A stretch of DNA of 64,000 bases, taken from Ylistrum balloti (taxonomy: Eukaryota). Shown in pieces: positions 34,390 to 49,400 of the stretch. Each line of letters starts with the position of its first letter. Positions within the stretch are counted from its first letter, which is position 1. Below the pieces are notes generated by a model, which was not told where the DNA came from, searched no databases, and saw only the letters and a program-made list of their open reading frames with translations. The stretch covers positions 1 through 64,000 of the forward strand of contig NW_026782535.1 of assembly GCF_031769215.1 (NCBI RefSeq). The letters are read 5' to 3'. The translations under genes and the position numbers were made by a program.

Positions 34390-36482
34390 ATTAGCGATGG
34401 CTACTAATGGTCTTCGCCGTGGTACCGTGGATTGATGCGGTCACTGTTTTTGTGAATCCGACCCCAATTCTAAGTGTTCCCGATTCGTGCTCAGAGGAAA
34501 GGCACCGTGATGTTTGTTTACTGGGCTCTCCCTCTGGAAGTTCGGCGGCTACATGTAGGCGCCCTTTTCTTGGGCCGGAAGATTAAATCTTCCAGCCGAG
34601 ATAAGGGCAAACGCAAGCTTACCTTTGGGTTGTCCAAGGACGTTGCCCGTGAGGATCTTGTGCCTGGCCCATCCTTCGCCGTTTTGGAGGCGTCGGTTGG
34701 TAGCCAGGGGATGGCCCCTCCCTCCTATACTCGGTCTGGTATTTGGGAGGAGCAGCTCGGATCAGAGTGGGCCCTATCTCATGCCGGATCGGCTGTGACC
34801 CCACGTACGTCCTTCCAGAGCATGCCTTCTGGCGGCCATCCGTTGCTCAATCCCTGTCACTGTGACCCGGATTTATCGGTTTCCTGGAACCCAGTGTCTG
34901 CCCGGGCAACAGGGTGGTTGAGCAGTCGGGCATTTTCCTCCCGATGTCTTCCCCTATTCCTGAGGTTAACTTTGTGTTTTCTTAGGGATTCTTGGGACAA
35001 CCAAACCAGCCTGTGAGTGGTTTGGAGGCTCAGAATCCCAGTAGTTACGGTCACAAACCGTACATGCCTGGATCTGCTTCCGGAGGGAGTGGCGGTTTTC
35101 CTTTGCCCTTTGGTCAAGGATTCCAGCCCCAGTCTCATGTAGGCCAGTTTGGCCAAACCTGGGGTCACTAATAGCCCTTGGGTCCTACCCTAACCTCAGG
35201 GGTTTGGATTTGGGTTTGGATTTAGGCCCTTTCCGTTCCCTCATTGGAATCCTTGGAGTTTTTGTCCCCTCTCAGCATAGATACGATGGTTTGTTGGTTC
35301 CCCCTACCCAACAATCCTCCCGTTCGTGGGCCTTATCGGCCGGCACTACCATGCGACACCAGGCTATAGTGCTTCCGCTCCTATGGCGGTCCCTTCTGCT
35401 AAGTCCAAGGGGCTTGGTGCATCTAGATTTTTTCGCGCCCTATGGTCAAGATGGGTTTACGTTCTGGTAAACGTCCCCATCGACAATCCACACAGCTCAG
35501 ACTGGAGGTGACTCCAATGCCTTCCCGTTCTGTTCCTAAGGCATTCCTCCCTCGGGATGTGGATACCACAGAACCTATGGACTGTGAGTGATCAGGCACA
35601 ACAGAGTGTGACGTTCTCGATCTTTCGATTAAGTGCTCCGAGGTTGATGATCTGCAATCAGAAGCCCCATCTTTCCATGGTGCTCCTTTTGAGTCCCAGT
35701 CGTCAGACTAAGCTGAGGATGAGATAGTCGCGAGTCCCATTCTAGCCTCTAGATGGATCTGTGTGGTGATCCGCTTTGCTTACAACCACTCCCATGCGGG
35801 GATCCGTGGGCGGTTCAAGGTTGGAGCTAGTGAGGTCAGGTCTCTTGATACATCTTGTCAGCCGCCTTCTGGCGAGGACAGACCACCTTTACTGACTTTT
35901 ACTTGAGATCTCAGTTTCTGGTGACGTTTTTTCTTAGTCCTTTGGTTGTGGCACAGTCAGTGGCTGTTCCTCCGTCTGTTATTCAGTAGTAAGCGTCGGA
36001 TCCCACGTCATCTGTCGACGGGCGGTTTTTTTGGTGTTCGAATTTTCCCCTTGGTTATTATATCTGCCCTTCTTAATGCCCTGCATTAGATTTGGCGCTG
36101 GGATGTGAGAGTCTCCACTACGGTAAGACGAATTCGCGTACAAAAGTTACAGTTATTAATAATTAAGTGAAATTGGGGTTTTTCTTGTAAAACCAATTTT
36201 CATGGCATAATACTTGCCATAACTTTATTGAGTCCCTCCCTCTTTTTGTTTAAAAATTCTTGCCTCCCCTTTCCTTTCCATCATGCGCTTTCATCTGTGA
36301 AGAAGAACGTTTTTGTCATGAGTATACGTAGGTACGACTGACAGGTGGAGAGGCACCCTAAAGGGAATTTATTTGGCTATCTACGTTTATATGATATGCA
36401 AATGAATAGGAACTCATGGAAATGTGCATACTAAAGTTATGGTGAGAATAACGTCATGGAAACTGGTTTTAGAAAAAAAAAC
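34390..36482 (+). mobile_element. Degenerate, internally deleted DIRS1-like (tyrosine-recombinase retrotransposon) element
   Basis: A GC-rich island. The frameshifted N-terminus reads CGHCFCESDPNSKCSR/SCSEERHRDVCL, like the Cys/His-rich DIRS Gag start. A ~50-bp inverted pair at 36178-36227 and 36432-36482 (~75-80% identity by eye) resembles the ICR/terminal repeat layout. No intact RT, RNase H or YR ORF is seen. Confidence 0.55.
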
Positions 36483-36552
36483 ATCAATATTGTTAAATAT
36501 TCACATGAAAGTGAATATGGACTAGACGTTCATGCGACATTCCGAATCCAAG

Positions 36553-36709
36553 NNNNNNNNNNNNNNNNNNNNNNNNNNNNNNNNNNNNNNNNNNNNNNNN
36601 NNNNNNNNNNNNNNNNNNNNNNNNNNNNNNNNNNNNNNNNNNNNNNNNNNNNNNNNNNNNNNNNNNNNNNNNNNNNNNNNNNNNNNNNNNNNNNNNNNNN
36701 NNNNNNNNN
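36553..36709. other. Assembly gap (157 N)
   Basis: A run of N between the DIRS-like end and the LINE 3' tail. Confidence 1.
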
Positions 36710-39660
36710 TGAATTGAATTGAATATCTTTATTTCCTCCAATGCATGAAGATTAATTCAACAGATAATGTAAAGAAAGAATTTAAATATACATTGACATT
36801 GTTTTAGATGTCATTATCTTTTTTTTAAGTTGCAGATAGAAAGGATATTTTCCTATGACAATTAACTGTTCATTTCTTAGAGTTCATAAATTTTACAATA
36901 TGTGTTAAATATGGCTGAATTACACTACAGGCGGTGCAGCCAATGCACTAGCGCTGGTTTCATTTTATTGAATGTCTTTGCGGATTCCACCATTAGCATC
37001 TTCCACTGTTCGGGACTAACTTCCAACATATCATCATCATCCCCTCCAAGAAGGAAGTTTATAAGCCTGTCATCATCATTCAAAATACTGACACTCTGTA
37101 CAACCGGAAGTAGATTCACAATAGTTGTTTGTAATCTGTCTCTTTCGTCAATATATATACAACAGTCAATTACTAAATGTTTCACAATATCATCCGCATT
37201 TTGCTTCCACGAGTCACAGATACACTTTGTTATAGGTAGTGCTCCAAGTTTCACAAGAAATCCAAATTCTCTGCACATGTTCTGTAAGTCCAAACACAGT
37301 AACCACAGTTTGTGCGGAGCGATTCTTGGATGTATGGTTTGGAAACGAGTAAGATCTGGACGCCTTAGTATACGCTGTTTCCATTCAAGTTCAGACGTCT
37401 CTGATACTGCATTGTTTACAATATATTTCCAAGCGATTTTAGCAGGAAAGCAGTCGTATTTAATAAAACTATTCAGATATTCTTCAAGACCATATTTATA
37501 AACCGTAGTAATCAGTGTTCGAAAGATGTCCGTGCATTCGAATGATCCAAAAATGAGAAACATTCCTATGTTGAAATTAAACAAGTGTTTGTGTATTTTG
37601 GTGATATCTGTCAAACACAGTCTTCCAAAAAACAGTAATCGGTAATTATCTATGTAGTGTGTCAACCTACAAATTCCAATAGTTTCAATGGTACTCTCTG
37701 ACGGGGAATTTTTGTCAAATCCTTGAAGGATTCGACAGCACTTCTGTTGGGTTACCTCAAGTTTGTCCAAACTTCTCTCGCGCGCTACTCCCCACGTCTC
37801 ACACGCATACATGCCGGCGGGTAAAATGACACGTTTCCAGATAAGAGAAGACGCTATCGGAGTAATTTCTCCAAATCGAAGACCGATATCTCGAAGAGAA
37901 TGAAATGATCTTTGTAGTTTTTGGCAAGCCCTGTCCAGGCATTTATTTACAGGATTAATGTTGGATATGACAGTTCCTGCGTATATCACACTTTCCTTTT
38001 GAAGGCATACATTCTTGATGTTTCAATTAAGTTTCGTAAGATATCAGACAGGTGTCATCAGCAAGTAAAATACCAGGTATATGTCTATCCACAATGTTTA
38101 TGCCACATTTTGTTTCATATATAGCCTTCATCAATCCGTCAATATACAGATTAAATATAAAAGCGCTGAGAACTTTTCCCTGACCGACACCGCGCGCCAC
38201 GTGTACGAAGTTGCTTAGTTCTCCCTTTAGTCGAATACATACTTTTGTGTACATGTAAGAGTTGAAGATAATTTTCCGCATCCGGCCGCGTATACCAAGT
38301 TCATACATTTTATAAAAGAGACCATTCATCCATACCCTATCAAACGTCTTCTCGTTATCTAAAAAAGCGATGTAAAGCGAAGATTTCCTTTCGGTATAGA
38401 AGGACACTATTTCTTTTAACATGAAGATAGCTGGGATCGCTCCCATATTTCTTCTAAATCCAAACTGTAGAGAATGTGGAAAATCAACCTTGTTCTGCAT
38501 AATCCATTTCTCTATCCTTTCTAGTAGTACTTTTTCAAATAACTTTGGAAGATGTCAGTGTTATTCCGCGATAACTAGCTGGGTCGGAAGGATTTTTATT
38601 CCCACCTTTGAAAATTGGTATCACTATTCCTTCCTTAAACCTCTGTGGAACATATTCACTTGAAATTATAATACTGAAAATAATGCACAGTGATTTGACA
38701 AAGGGTTCTTCCGCCATATTTTATATGTTCATTGTAGATTCCATCAAGCCCTGGGGACTTACCAATTTTCAGTTTTCTTATTTGAAATTGCAGTTCATCT
38801 TCTGATATTTCCCCTTCAAGCACACTATCTACAATGGTAGAAGTTTTTGAACATAAAAGCTCTTGAATTTTGTTATTAACCTCGGCTTTAAAGTGCGTGT
38901 CAATTAACTCCCCTGTATCCGCTGACAATAAATTTCCGTAATACTGAGCCCATAAACTACACTTTGTCCGATCATCTGTGGCCACCGTGTCTTTGTAGAT
39001 GAGAGATTTATCAATAGGCGTCTTGCCACGTTGTTTTCTTACAGTTTTATGAAACTCCTGAATATCTATTTCAGCCGAATTCAATAGTTCATCTTGTTTT
39101 TCCTTGTTCCATTTCTTTGTCGCGTAGCGTTCTTGTTTTCTAAATTCTCGTTTCCTGTCTTTATATATTTGGTACATCACATTTGATTCCGTCCTTGGTT
39201 TTCCGTCCGCTATCCATAAGCGTCTCGCTGCCCGCATATTATAATGGTGATAGTTAAGTTGATACTTGTACCAGTACGGTTTTAAACACATTTTAAATTT
39301 CCCGACAGGAATGTTCTCTTCAGATGCCGACATCATAATGTTTATTATAATGGTGATAGTTAAGTTGATACTTGTACCAGTACGGTTTTAAACACATCTT
39401 AAATTTCCCGACAGGAATGTTCTCTTCAGATGCCGACATCATAATGTTTATTATAATGGTGATAGTTAAGTTGATACTTGTACCAGTACGGTTTTAAACA
39501 CATTTTAAATTTCCCGACAGGAATGTTCTCTTCAGATGCCGACTTCATAATGTTTATTGTATTTTCAAGACATTTTTCTAAGGACATACATTTGATTGAA
39601 GACAAATCCAGTTGAAGAATGGTGAGCGACTCTTCCACTTGGGTTGAATACATACCAAGT
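36710..39660 (-). mobile_element. 5'-truncated, frameshifted non-LTR retrotransposon (L2/CR1/RTE-X-like; clade unresolved)
   Basis: ORF fragments 38656-39336 (KSPGLDGIYNEHIK), 38535-38717 (IPIFKGG...SYRGITLTS), 38027-38500 (QFGFR...GVGQG...LLADD) and 36925-37989 (C-terminal C-x-C...H...C). There is a (TTCAA)n-like 3' tail at ~36710-36723 on the minus strand. Confidence 0.9.
39237..39560. repeat. 106-bp tandem triplication inside the LINE
   Basis: ATAATGGTGATAGTTAAG... starts at 39241, 39347 and 39453. Confidence 0.9.
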
Positions 39661-39777
39661 TGAAAGCAAGATGCTTTATTCCACTTAGGGAATCCATTTG
39701 CCCTTTGTTTCTCTTTTCTAGGGAATACGGTTTCATCTATCGAGACGAGTATTGGAAGATGGTCAGAAATTTTTCAA

Positions 39778-39950
39778 TGTTTGTATGTATGTATCGATGT
39801 ATGTATGAATGTATGTATGTATGTATGTATGTATGTATGTAGTGTGTATGTAGTGGCTGTGTATGTATGTATGTATGTATGTAGTGTGTATGTATGTATG
39901 TTTGTTTGTATGCAAGGGTGTGTGTGTGTGTGTGTGGGTGGGTGGGTGTG
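39778..39950. repeat. (TATG)n/(TG)n microsatellite
   Basis: Directly visible. Confidence 0.95.
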
Positions 39951-40409
39951 GCTCTACTGTATCTAACTTATTGAGGGACTATTTAGCATGTGGGACGTTT
40001 GAAAACTCAGGAACATCGCTTTCATTTACATATTCTGATATATGTTATCCGATATATTTTTAAGTAGTGTATGTTCATTAATTTCTTATCGATTGTTTGT
40101 GTTATAGTATTTTACTACAAAGTACATCAACAAAAGATTAAACAATCTAATTTCTGATCAGGTGTGTTTTATCCTGTACATAGATAACTGCTAATGATTT
40201 CTGACATGGTGTGATAGTACAACGTTAAAATAACGCGAGCCAGTGGTACATTCAGTGACCTACATATCCCCGACGGATTGACTATGTTTATTACTAGAAG
40301 ATAAAACAGTCTGCATAGCCAGGGCATATTCATTATCATGATATCCTAGTTTTAAGTCACTATCGCAAGCTTCGATACAAACAACAGTCAACATTTCTTC
40401 AACAAAAAC

Positions 40410-43400
40410 ATGACGACGTGCGGGAAGTTGAAAGGCGGACTGGGTTTATTAACTGCATATTCCCGGCGCTACCCGACCATTTATACTCCGATGAGAATAG
40501 CCGCTCTCGCCAAAGTATCAACAACAAAACAGTTATGTCACAGAGAGTTCTCCTGTACAACTACCTGCAATGTGATTCATAAAAGTCCATTCCCGGATAT
40601 TCACATCAAGGAAGAATCTATCTCGGAATATCTTTTACCAAAATTTGAGAGATTTGGAAACAGGACGGCACTTGTAAGTGAAATGCTTTATAGAGAGGAT
40701 TAGATGGATACGTTACCGAATCATAACGTCACTATGTGAACAGAAAATCAACCTTCCTATAATTCTACTGTAATCGTGTTACAAACGAATTGTTTTTAAG
40801 ATAATTAATTCCTAAAATAGACCTTATTCGATATATTTAAACTTGCTCGTTATTTCCACCAAGTAAATAAATTTTATGTATTATTGTTTGTCTTACAAAG
40901 CACGTGAAGGGATCAACATTTTCATTTTTCTTTTTTGTTTTATTGGGTTTTTTTTTTTAATTTTGGACTAAAAACTCAAAATTTATATGTACATTTCCTA
41001 GGTTGATGGCATTTCCGGGAAATCGTACACATATGTTGAGATGTATGATGCAGTAATAAAGGTAGCTAGTGGCTTGTACAGGCTGGGGTACAGAAAAGGT
41101 GACGTGATCTGCATGTGCTCCTCAAACAGTACCGAGTTTGCCCTCCTCATACTGGCGTGTGTGACCTCGGGGATCGTACTCACTACCACAAATCCGACCT
41201 ACACATCCGGTATGTAGAAAATGTCAGTGTGATGAACTCATTAATTGTAGATAACATAGACATCCATCGCGTATTGCTTTGTTTTTATAAGGGTAAAATA
41301 TCAGCTATCAGATCTGTGATTGGTAAAATTTCCCTATTTTTTCCATTGCAAAGGTATATTTATATCAGTCAACAGTGAAAGGCTGCAAGAGAATCAAAGT
41401 TATATGATAAACAGAATCTTGTATTTGTTTCCATTTCTTTTTTCTTTGCTCTATCAAATGAAAAAGTCTCAGGCTCCTTTCATCAATTTTACGAGCATGG
41501 AGGCCTTTTTAACGTCCTCTGTTCGCGTTTTCCTTTCAGTTTTGAAGTTCAAGGTGACCTTTGTATTAATCAAAGAGAATAAGTTAGTATTATAAGATAT
41601 AAGATATTTTATTATTTACATGAATAGCAAGAAAATTATAAATATCAATTGACATATAAACAATCTTTTATTCAATCAACTTGTTTACAGCCGAGCTCGC
41701 ACGCCATCTCGGTGATTCTGGAGCCATCGGTATGGTCGTCATGGCAACCCTATTGCCGAAGGTCAAGGAGGCTCTTGCAAGTGACAATAGTTTAAAAACA
41801 ATGATCAGGGTGAGTTTTGAAATAGAATATACTGATATTTTAAATATAATAAACAAAATACTATATCCCTTTTAATGAAAACAATTAGAACTATATACAA
41901 AACTAACAGCACAAACGGACAAAATCATTTGTCACGTCGTTAACAATCCAAAAGATAAAAATAAGTAATAAAGATATTTATAAAAGATATTTATCATTTA
42001 AAACTTATTCCAAAATATAGAGTAAAAAAAGTTTCTCTTCATAAAAAAATCCAGCAAATTTGAAATGTCTCACCGTATGAAATTTGAATTTGGATTTTCT
42101 CCTACAGAACATTATAGTGGTAGGAGAGGCTGAAGGATATCGTTCGTTCTCAGACCTACTCAACGATGACGGTTCGTGCTTCCCTGAGAACCTCACAATT
42201 AATCCCAAAGAAGATGTTGCACTGTTGCCGTACTCCAGTGGAACTACTGGATTCCCTAAAGGAGTCATGTTGACACATCTGAATATTGTATCAAATCTTC
42301 AACAGATAAGGTACTAACACCTATTATATCACATTATTTCTGGTTAAGCACTCATGCATGTATTTTAAGATATGTCTGTTCGAATAATAGGCGCCGAAGG
42401 CGTTTTCTGTATCGTCAAAATGACTAGAGATATTATATAACTGTACCACACTAAATTTTCACAACAATTCTTTGGACAAAAGAGACACTGAAAGATGGAT
42501 AAAAAAATGCCAAAATCGGTACGTCCTTTTCCTAAAACTTTTCTTCCATAGAAATACAAATTTCATAACGAAGAATTCGGCATTGCTTAATGATGTTCAT
42601 AAATATGAAATCGATAATATAAAAACAGATCAAAGACGAAAACAAGAAGTCTTTGGAATGTTGTAAAATTACATGATATCAGAATACGTAACGATCAATA
42701 ATGAAGGTTTAAAAGTATTGGTCAACATAAGATTCAAAATTCATGCGTAAAGACTTTTTCAAAACAAAAGACAAGTAGATAAAGGTGAATATGATGAAAT
42801 ATATAAAAGATTGCAGAATTTTCACCCTTTCATATCAATAAGAATGAAATCAAAGCTCTGTGTAAAATACACACACACTATCACCCTCACACACACTGTC
42901 ACCCTCAAACACACTGTCACCCTCACACATACTGTCACCCTCACACACACTGTAATCCTCACACACACTATCACCCTCACACACACTGTCACCCTCACAC
43001 ACACTGTCACCCTCACACACACTGTCACCCTCTCACACACTGTCACCCTCACACACACTATCACCCTCACACACACTGTCACCCTCTCACACTGTCACCC
43101 TCACACCCTCACACACACTGTCACCCTCACACACACTGTCACCCTCACACACACTGTCACCCTCACACACACTTAGTCACCCTCACACACACTTAGTCAC
43201 CCTCACACACACTGTCACCCTTACACACTTTCACTCTTACACACTGTCACCCTTACAAACACTGTCACCCTCACACACACTGTCACCCTCACACACTGTC
43301 ACCCTCACACACAGTCATCCTCACACACACTGTCACCCTTACACACTGTCACTCTTACACACTGTCACCCTTACAAACACTGTCACCCTCACACACACTG

Positions 43401-46400
43401 TCACCCTCACACACAGTCACCCTCACACACACTGTCGCCCTCACCCTCATACACACTGTCACCCTCACACACACTGTCACCCTCACACACACTGTCACCC
43501 TTACACACACTTAGTCACCCTCACACACACTGTCACCCTCACACACACTGTCACCCTTACACACTGTCACTCTTACACACTGTCACCCTTACAAACACTG
43601 TCACCCTTACACACACTGTCACCCTCAAACACACTGTCACCCTCACACGTACTGTCACCCTCACACACACTGTAATCCTCACACACACTATTACTCTCAC
43701 ACACACTGTCACCCTCACACATACTGTCACCCTTACACACTGTCATCCTTACAAACACTGTCACCCTTACACACACTGTCACCCTCACACACATAGTCAC
43801 CCTCACACACAGTCACCCTCACACACACTGTCACCCTTACACACACTGTCACCATCACACACACTGTCACACACACACTTTCACCCTCACATACTGTCAC
43901 CCTTACACACACAGTCACCCTCACACACACTGTCACCCTCACACACACTGTCACTCTTACACACACTGTCACCCTCACACACACTGTCACCCTTACACAC
44001 TGTCACCCTCACATATACTGTCACCCTCACATACTGTCACCCTTACACACAGTCACCCTCACACACACTGTCACCCTCACACACACTGTCACCCATACAC
44101 ATACTTTCACCCTTACACACACTGTCACCCTCACACACACTCACACACACACTTTCACCCTTACACACACTGTCAACCTGACACACACTGTCACCCTTAC
44201 ACACACTGTTACCGTAACACACACTGTCATCCTCACACACTCTGTTACCGTTACACACACTGTCACCCTCACACTCACTGTCACCCTCACACACTGTCAT
44301 CTTCACACACACTGTTACTGTAACACACACTGTCACCCTCACACACACTGTCATCCTCACACACACTGTTACCCTCACACTCACTTTCACCCTCACACAC
44401 ACTGTCACCCTTACACACACTGTCACCCTAACACACACTGTTACCCTTATACACTGTCACCCTCACACTCAGTCAGCCTCACACACACTGTTACCCTTAC
44501 ACACACTGTCACTCTCACACACACTGTCACCCTTACACACACTGTCACCCTCATACACACTATTATCCTCACACACACTGTCAACCTCACACATACTGTC
44601 ACCCTCTCACACACTGTCACCCTCACACACACTGTCACCCTCACACACACTGTCACCCTCTCACACACTGTCACCCTCTCACACACTGTCACCCTCACAC
44701 ACACTTGTAATCCATTACTAAAAGCTATGGCAGAAAACCAGTTTATATTCTAGGCAAAGGAAATGTAATAATATATTTCTGAAAAGTATTCTGCATAAAA
44801 TATTTATTTTGCTATTACGTCAGTCCGTTAACCAATGCCATGATAGCTCATTCGACACTACCTACCTGTGTTGGTTTGTTTCTTAGGAAAATGAGAAACG
44901 GACCGGTCCGTACTGAATTAGTTGAGTCCTTATACAAGACATTTTACAATTTTATATGGGTTACGTGTGGCGGGCCTCCCGTATGCTGTTCAGTAAGGTA
45001 GTCACTAGATACTGTAATGAGACCCAGCGTCAGAATCTATGTTCAATGCATTAATTCGATGTTAATCCGAATTGTATTCATCGGCATGTAGAAACATTAG
45101 AGATCATACAACAGTACTGTGGAATCGTTTCACCGCCATGTTGATCTACGTCAACACTTTGCACATCGCCCTAAATAACACACATTATATCTTTACATTA
45201 GTCATTCATATTCAGATTTTCAGGAAACTCTTCCAATAAATAAATATAAATATAACAGACCATTTATAATTTGATTAAATATCTAAATTGTACATATGAT
45301 TATCACCAGATTGCATTTATTGCCAGTCCTACGAACGTTCACTGATTAAGTTAATGTGATTATAATCCTTTCAGCAACAGTTATCTTTTTTATATTAACG
45401 TTTGAGCATTGCATACTTTAGTCTTCCCCCACTCCAGGGCACAACTTCCTCTCACCGCAGACGACACCAATATGTGTCTACTTCCGATGTTTCACGTGGC
45501 AGGCTTGCTTGTTATTTTATTTGGAACCTTACAAGATGGCGGCAAAATAGTCATACTACCTCAGTTTGAACCGGAGTCCTTCCTCACAACGATCCAGCAA
45601 CACAAGGTAATCTATACCAGCTGTATTATCAAACTCATAAGCATAAAGACGAACGCCCGAACTGTGGCGACGTTATCTACCTTTTACAAACAAACTTCTC
45701 TATTTTTTTTATTTTGTCTATTACATAACCGCTTGTTTGTGCTAACATGTTGACCTTCGTTTTGAAAGGTGACCTTGCTGTATATGGTTCCTCCAATCGC
45801 GTTATTTCTGGCCAGACATCCAATCGTTGACAAGTTTGACATTTCAAGCGCACGACTACACGTATGTGCTGCAGCTCCCCTGGGAGAGTTTCTATGTAAG
45901 GAATATGAGAACAGAATGAAGAAACCAATATTACAAGGTAATTCTTTTAATTTTTTCCACAATGTAATTTTTTAATTGAAATATTATTTTTATTTCATTT
46001 ATCTGGATGCATAGAATTTTTAACTACCCTCTTGAACTCGTTTTCATTCAATTTTTATTCATTTGCTTGTACTATCGATTGATACGTTCCTTCTGACTAG
46101 TATCGGCTTTACAATCAGTAGTTTTTGCATAATATCTCCAACCTGAATTATGTCATGACTTCAAGTATCTTTCTAAATAAATATCAACATTTGGGTTGAA
46201 TTGGAACGGTGTCCACCTAAAACTCCACGAGTCACACTGTCGTTCTAGGGTATGGGATGACAGAATTGAGTCCTTTTGCTACACTGGACACTAAACCACC
46301 TCATCACTTTGGAACAGTGGGGTTACTTGTACCGAATTCCAGGGCTAAGGTAACCGATCTCGTAAAGAGGTAATATTAGAGAACAGTGTTTTTCGTCGGC

Positions 46401-49400
46401 AGTCTACTGTAAGACATACCAGCCAGTAATGAATTTTGCAGTTTTACTATATTTGAATAGCCATTTTAGATAAATACATAATTCATGAAAAATATTAATA
46501 AGGTATTTTTTTGTTTGTTAGTCCATAATCATTTATCATATTCATGATAATATTGTAATGTAGCAATGTTAGCCATTTTAAGAAACCGCGTTGGTTGAGT
46601 GGTTACGGTGTCTGACCGTCTGTATCACTCTGGGTCGCGGGTTCGAGACCTACATTGGACAGTCACCAGGTGCTGACCGCAGGTCGGAGGTTTATCTACG
46701 GGATCTCCGGCTTATCTCCATCACCAAAACCTGACTCGTCCTTAAATGACCCTGGCTGTTGATAGGACGTAATTTCGATTGTATTTCAATTAGGTCTCTT
46801 ATTAATTTTAAAGAAATAGAAATATCGTTATTTTCGTTGTGGTTCCACCATCAATAGCCTTAAATATCTGTATCATAATATTGTGTTGTATATATATATA
46901 TGTTTTTTTTCGGCAATCATCAGATCGTATGTCCAGAGACAGGGGGTACTCTCGGACCTGGGGAAACAGGGGAGATTTGTATACAGGGACCACATGTTAT
47001 GAAGGGCTATCTGAATAACGAGGAAGCTACTAGGGACACTATCAGGGAAGGCTGGCTTCATACAGGTACGATACACCAGAGAGTAACTCAATTTTAACGC
47101 AAATTTATTTATCATGGTATAGGCTTTGGAAATATTTATAAAAGACATTTGGAAATATACAAAATGATGAGGAAGGGAGGGTTTCTTCTTTATTAAGGAT
47201 ATTAACAAGGTTCGTGTCAAATTGAATTATTTCGGTATTTTTTTATTAATTAGGAATCCGGTTCATCTTTCTTTTTAAGACTTTAGATTTGAGATTTTTA
47301 TGTGTATAGTGGTGTGGTATATTCAATGTTATCACGCTTAAATACAAGTACGCCCTTAAATATACTGAAAAATTGAAATCATTTGATGTACCGTGTCTAC
47401 ATTGTGTGTTCGTAAATCATTTGATGTACCGTGTCTACATTGTGTGTTCGTAAATCATTTGATGTACCGTGTCTACATTGTGTGTTCGTAAATCATTTGA
47501 TGTACCATTGTGTGTCTACATTGTGTGTTCGTAAATCATTTGATGTACCGTGTCTACATTGTGTGTTCGTAAATCATTTGATGTACCGTGTCTACATTGT
47601 GTGTTCGTAAATCATTTGATGTACCGTGTCTACATTGTGTGTTCGTAAATCATTTGATGTACCGTGTCTACATTGTGTGTTCGTAAATCATTTGATGTAC
47701 CGTGTCTACATTGTGTGTTCGTAAATCATTTGATGTACCGTGTCTACATTGTGTGTTCGTAAATCATTTGATGTACCGTGTCTACATTGTGTGTGTCATT
47801 TGTATGTAATCATTTGTGTGTTACGTAAATCATTTGTGTACCGTGTCTACATTGTGTGTTCGTAAATCATTTGATGTACCGTATCTACATTGTGTGTTCG
47901 TAAATCATTTGATGTACCGTATCTACATTGTGTGTTCGTAAATCATTTGATGTACCGTATCTACATTGTGTGTTCGTAAATCATTTGATGTACCGTATCT
48001 ACATTGTGTGTTCGTAAATCATTTGATGTACCGTATCTACATTGTGTGTTCGTAAATCATTTGATGTACCGTATCTACATTGTGTGTTCGTAAATCATTT
48101 GATGTACCGTATCTACATTGTGTGTTCGTAAATCATTTGATGTACCGTATCTACATTGTGTGTTCGTAAATCATTTGATGTACCGTATCTACATTGTGTG
48201 TTCGTAAATCATTTGATGTACCGTATCTACATTGTGTGTTCGTAAATCATTTGATGTACCGTATCTACATTGTGTGTTCGTAAATCATTTGATGTACCGT
48301 ATCTACATTGTGTGTTCGTAAATCATTTGATGTACCGTATCTACATTGTGTGTTCGTAAATCATTTGATGTACCGTATCTACATTGTGTGTTCGTAAATC
48401 ATTTGATGTACCGTATACATTGTGTGTTCGTAAATCATTTGATGTGTATCTACATTGTGTGTTCGTAAATCATTTGATGTACCGTATCTACATTGTGTGT
48501 TCGTAAATCATTTGATGTACCGTATCTACATTGTGTGTTCGTAAATCATTTGATGTACCGTATCTACATTGTGTGTTCGTAAATCATTTGATGTACCGTA
48601 TCTACATTGTGTGTTCGTAAATCATTTGATGTACCGTGTCTACATTGTGTGTTCGTAAATCATTTGATGTACCGTGTCTACATTGTGTGTTCGTAAATCA
48701 TTTGATGTACCGTGTCTACATTGTGTGTTCGTAAATCATTTGATGTACCGTGTCTACATTGTGTGTTCGTAAATCATTTGATGTACCGTGTCTACATTGT
48801 GTGTTCGTAAATCATTTGATGTACCGTGTCTACATTGTGTGTTCGTAAATCATTTGATGTACCGTGTCTACATTGTGTGTTCGTTAATCATTTGATGTAC
48901 CGTGTCTACATTGTGTGTTCGTAAATCATTTGATGTACCGTGTCTACATTGTGTGTTCGTAAATCATTTGATGTACCGTGTCTACATTGTGTGTTCGTAA
49001 ATCATTTGATGTACCGTGTCTACATTGTGTGTTCGTAAATCATTTGATGTACCGTGTCTACATTGTGTGTTCGTAAATCATTTGATGTACCGTGTCTACA
49101 TTGTGTGTTCGTAAATCATTTGATGTACCGTGTCTACATTGTGTGTTCGTAAATCATTTGATGTACCGTGTCTACATTGTGTGTTCGTAAATCATTTGAT
49201 GTACCGTGTCTACATTGTGTGTTCGTAAATCATTTGATGTACCGTGTCTACATTGTGTGTTCGTAAATCATTTGATGTACCGTGTCTACATTGTGTGTTC
49301 GTAAATCATTTGATGTACCGTGTCTACATTGTGTGTTCGTAAATCATTTGATGTACCGTGTCTACATTGTGTGTTCGTAAATCATTTGATGTGTGTCTAC

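Noticed and set aside
33925-34390. Phe/Val/Cys-rich overlapping ORFs
   Set aside because: A T-rich low-complexity tract upstream of the DIRS-like body, open in all three frames.
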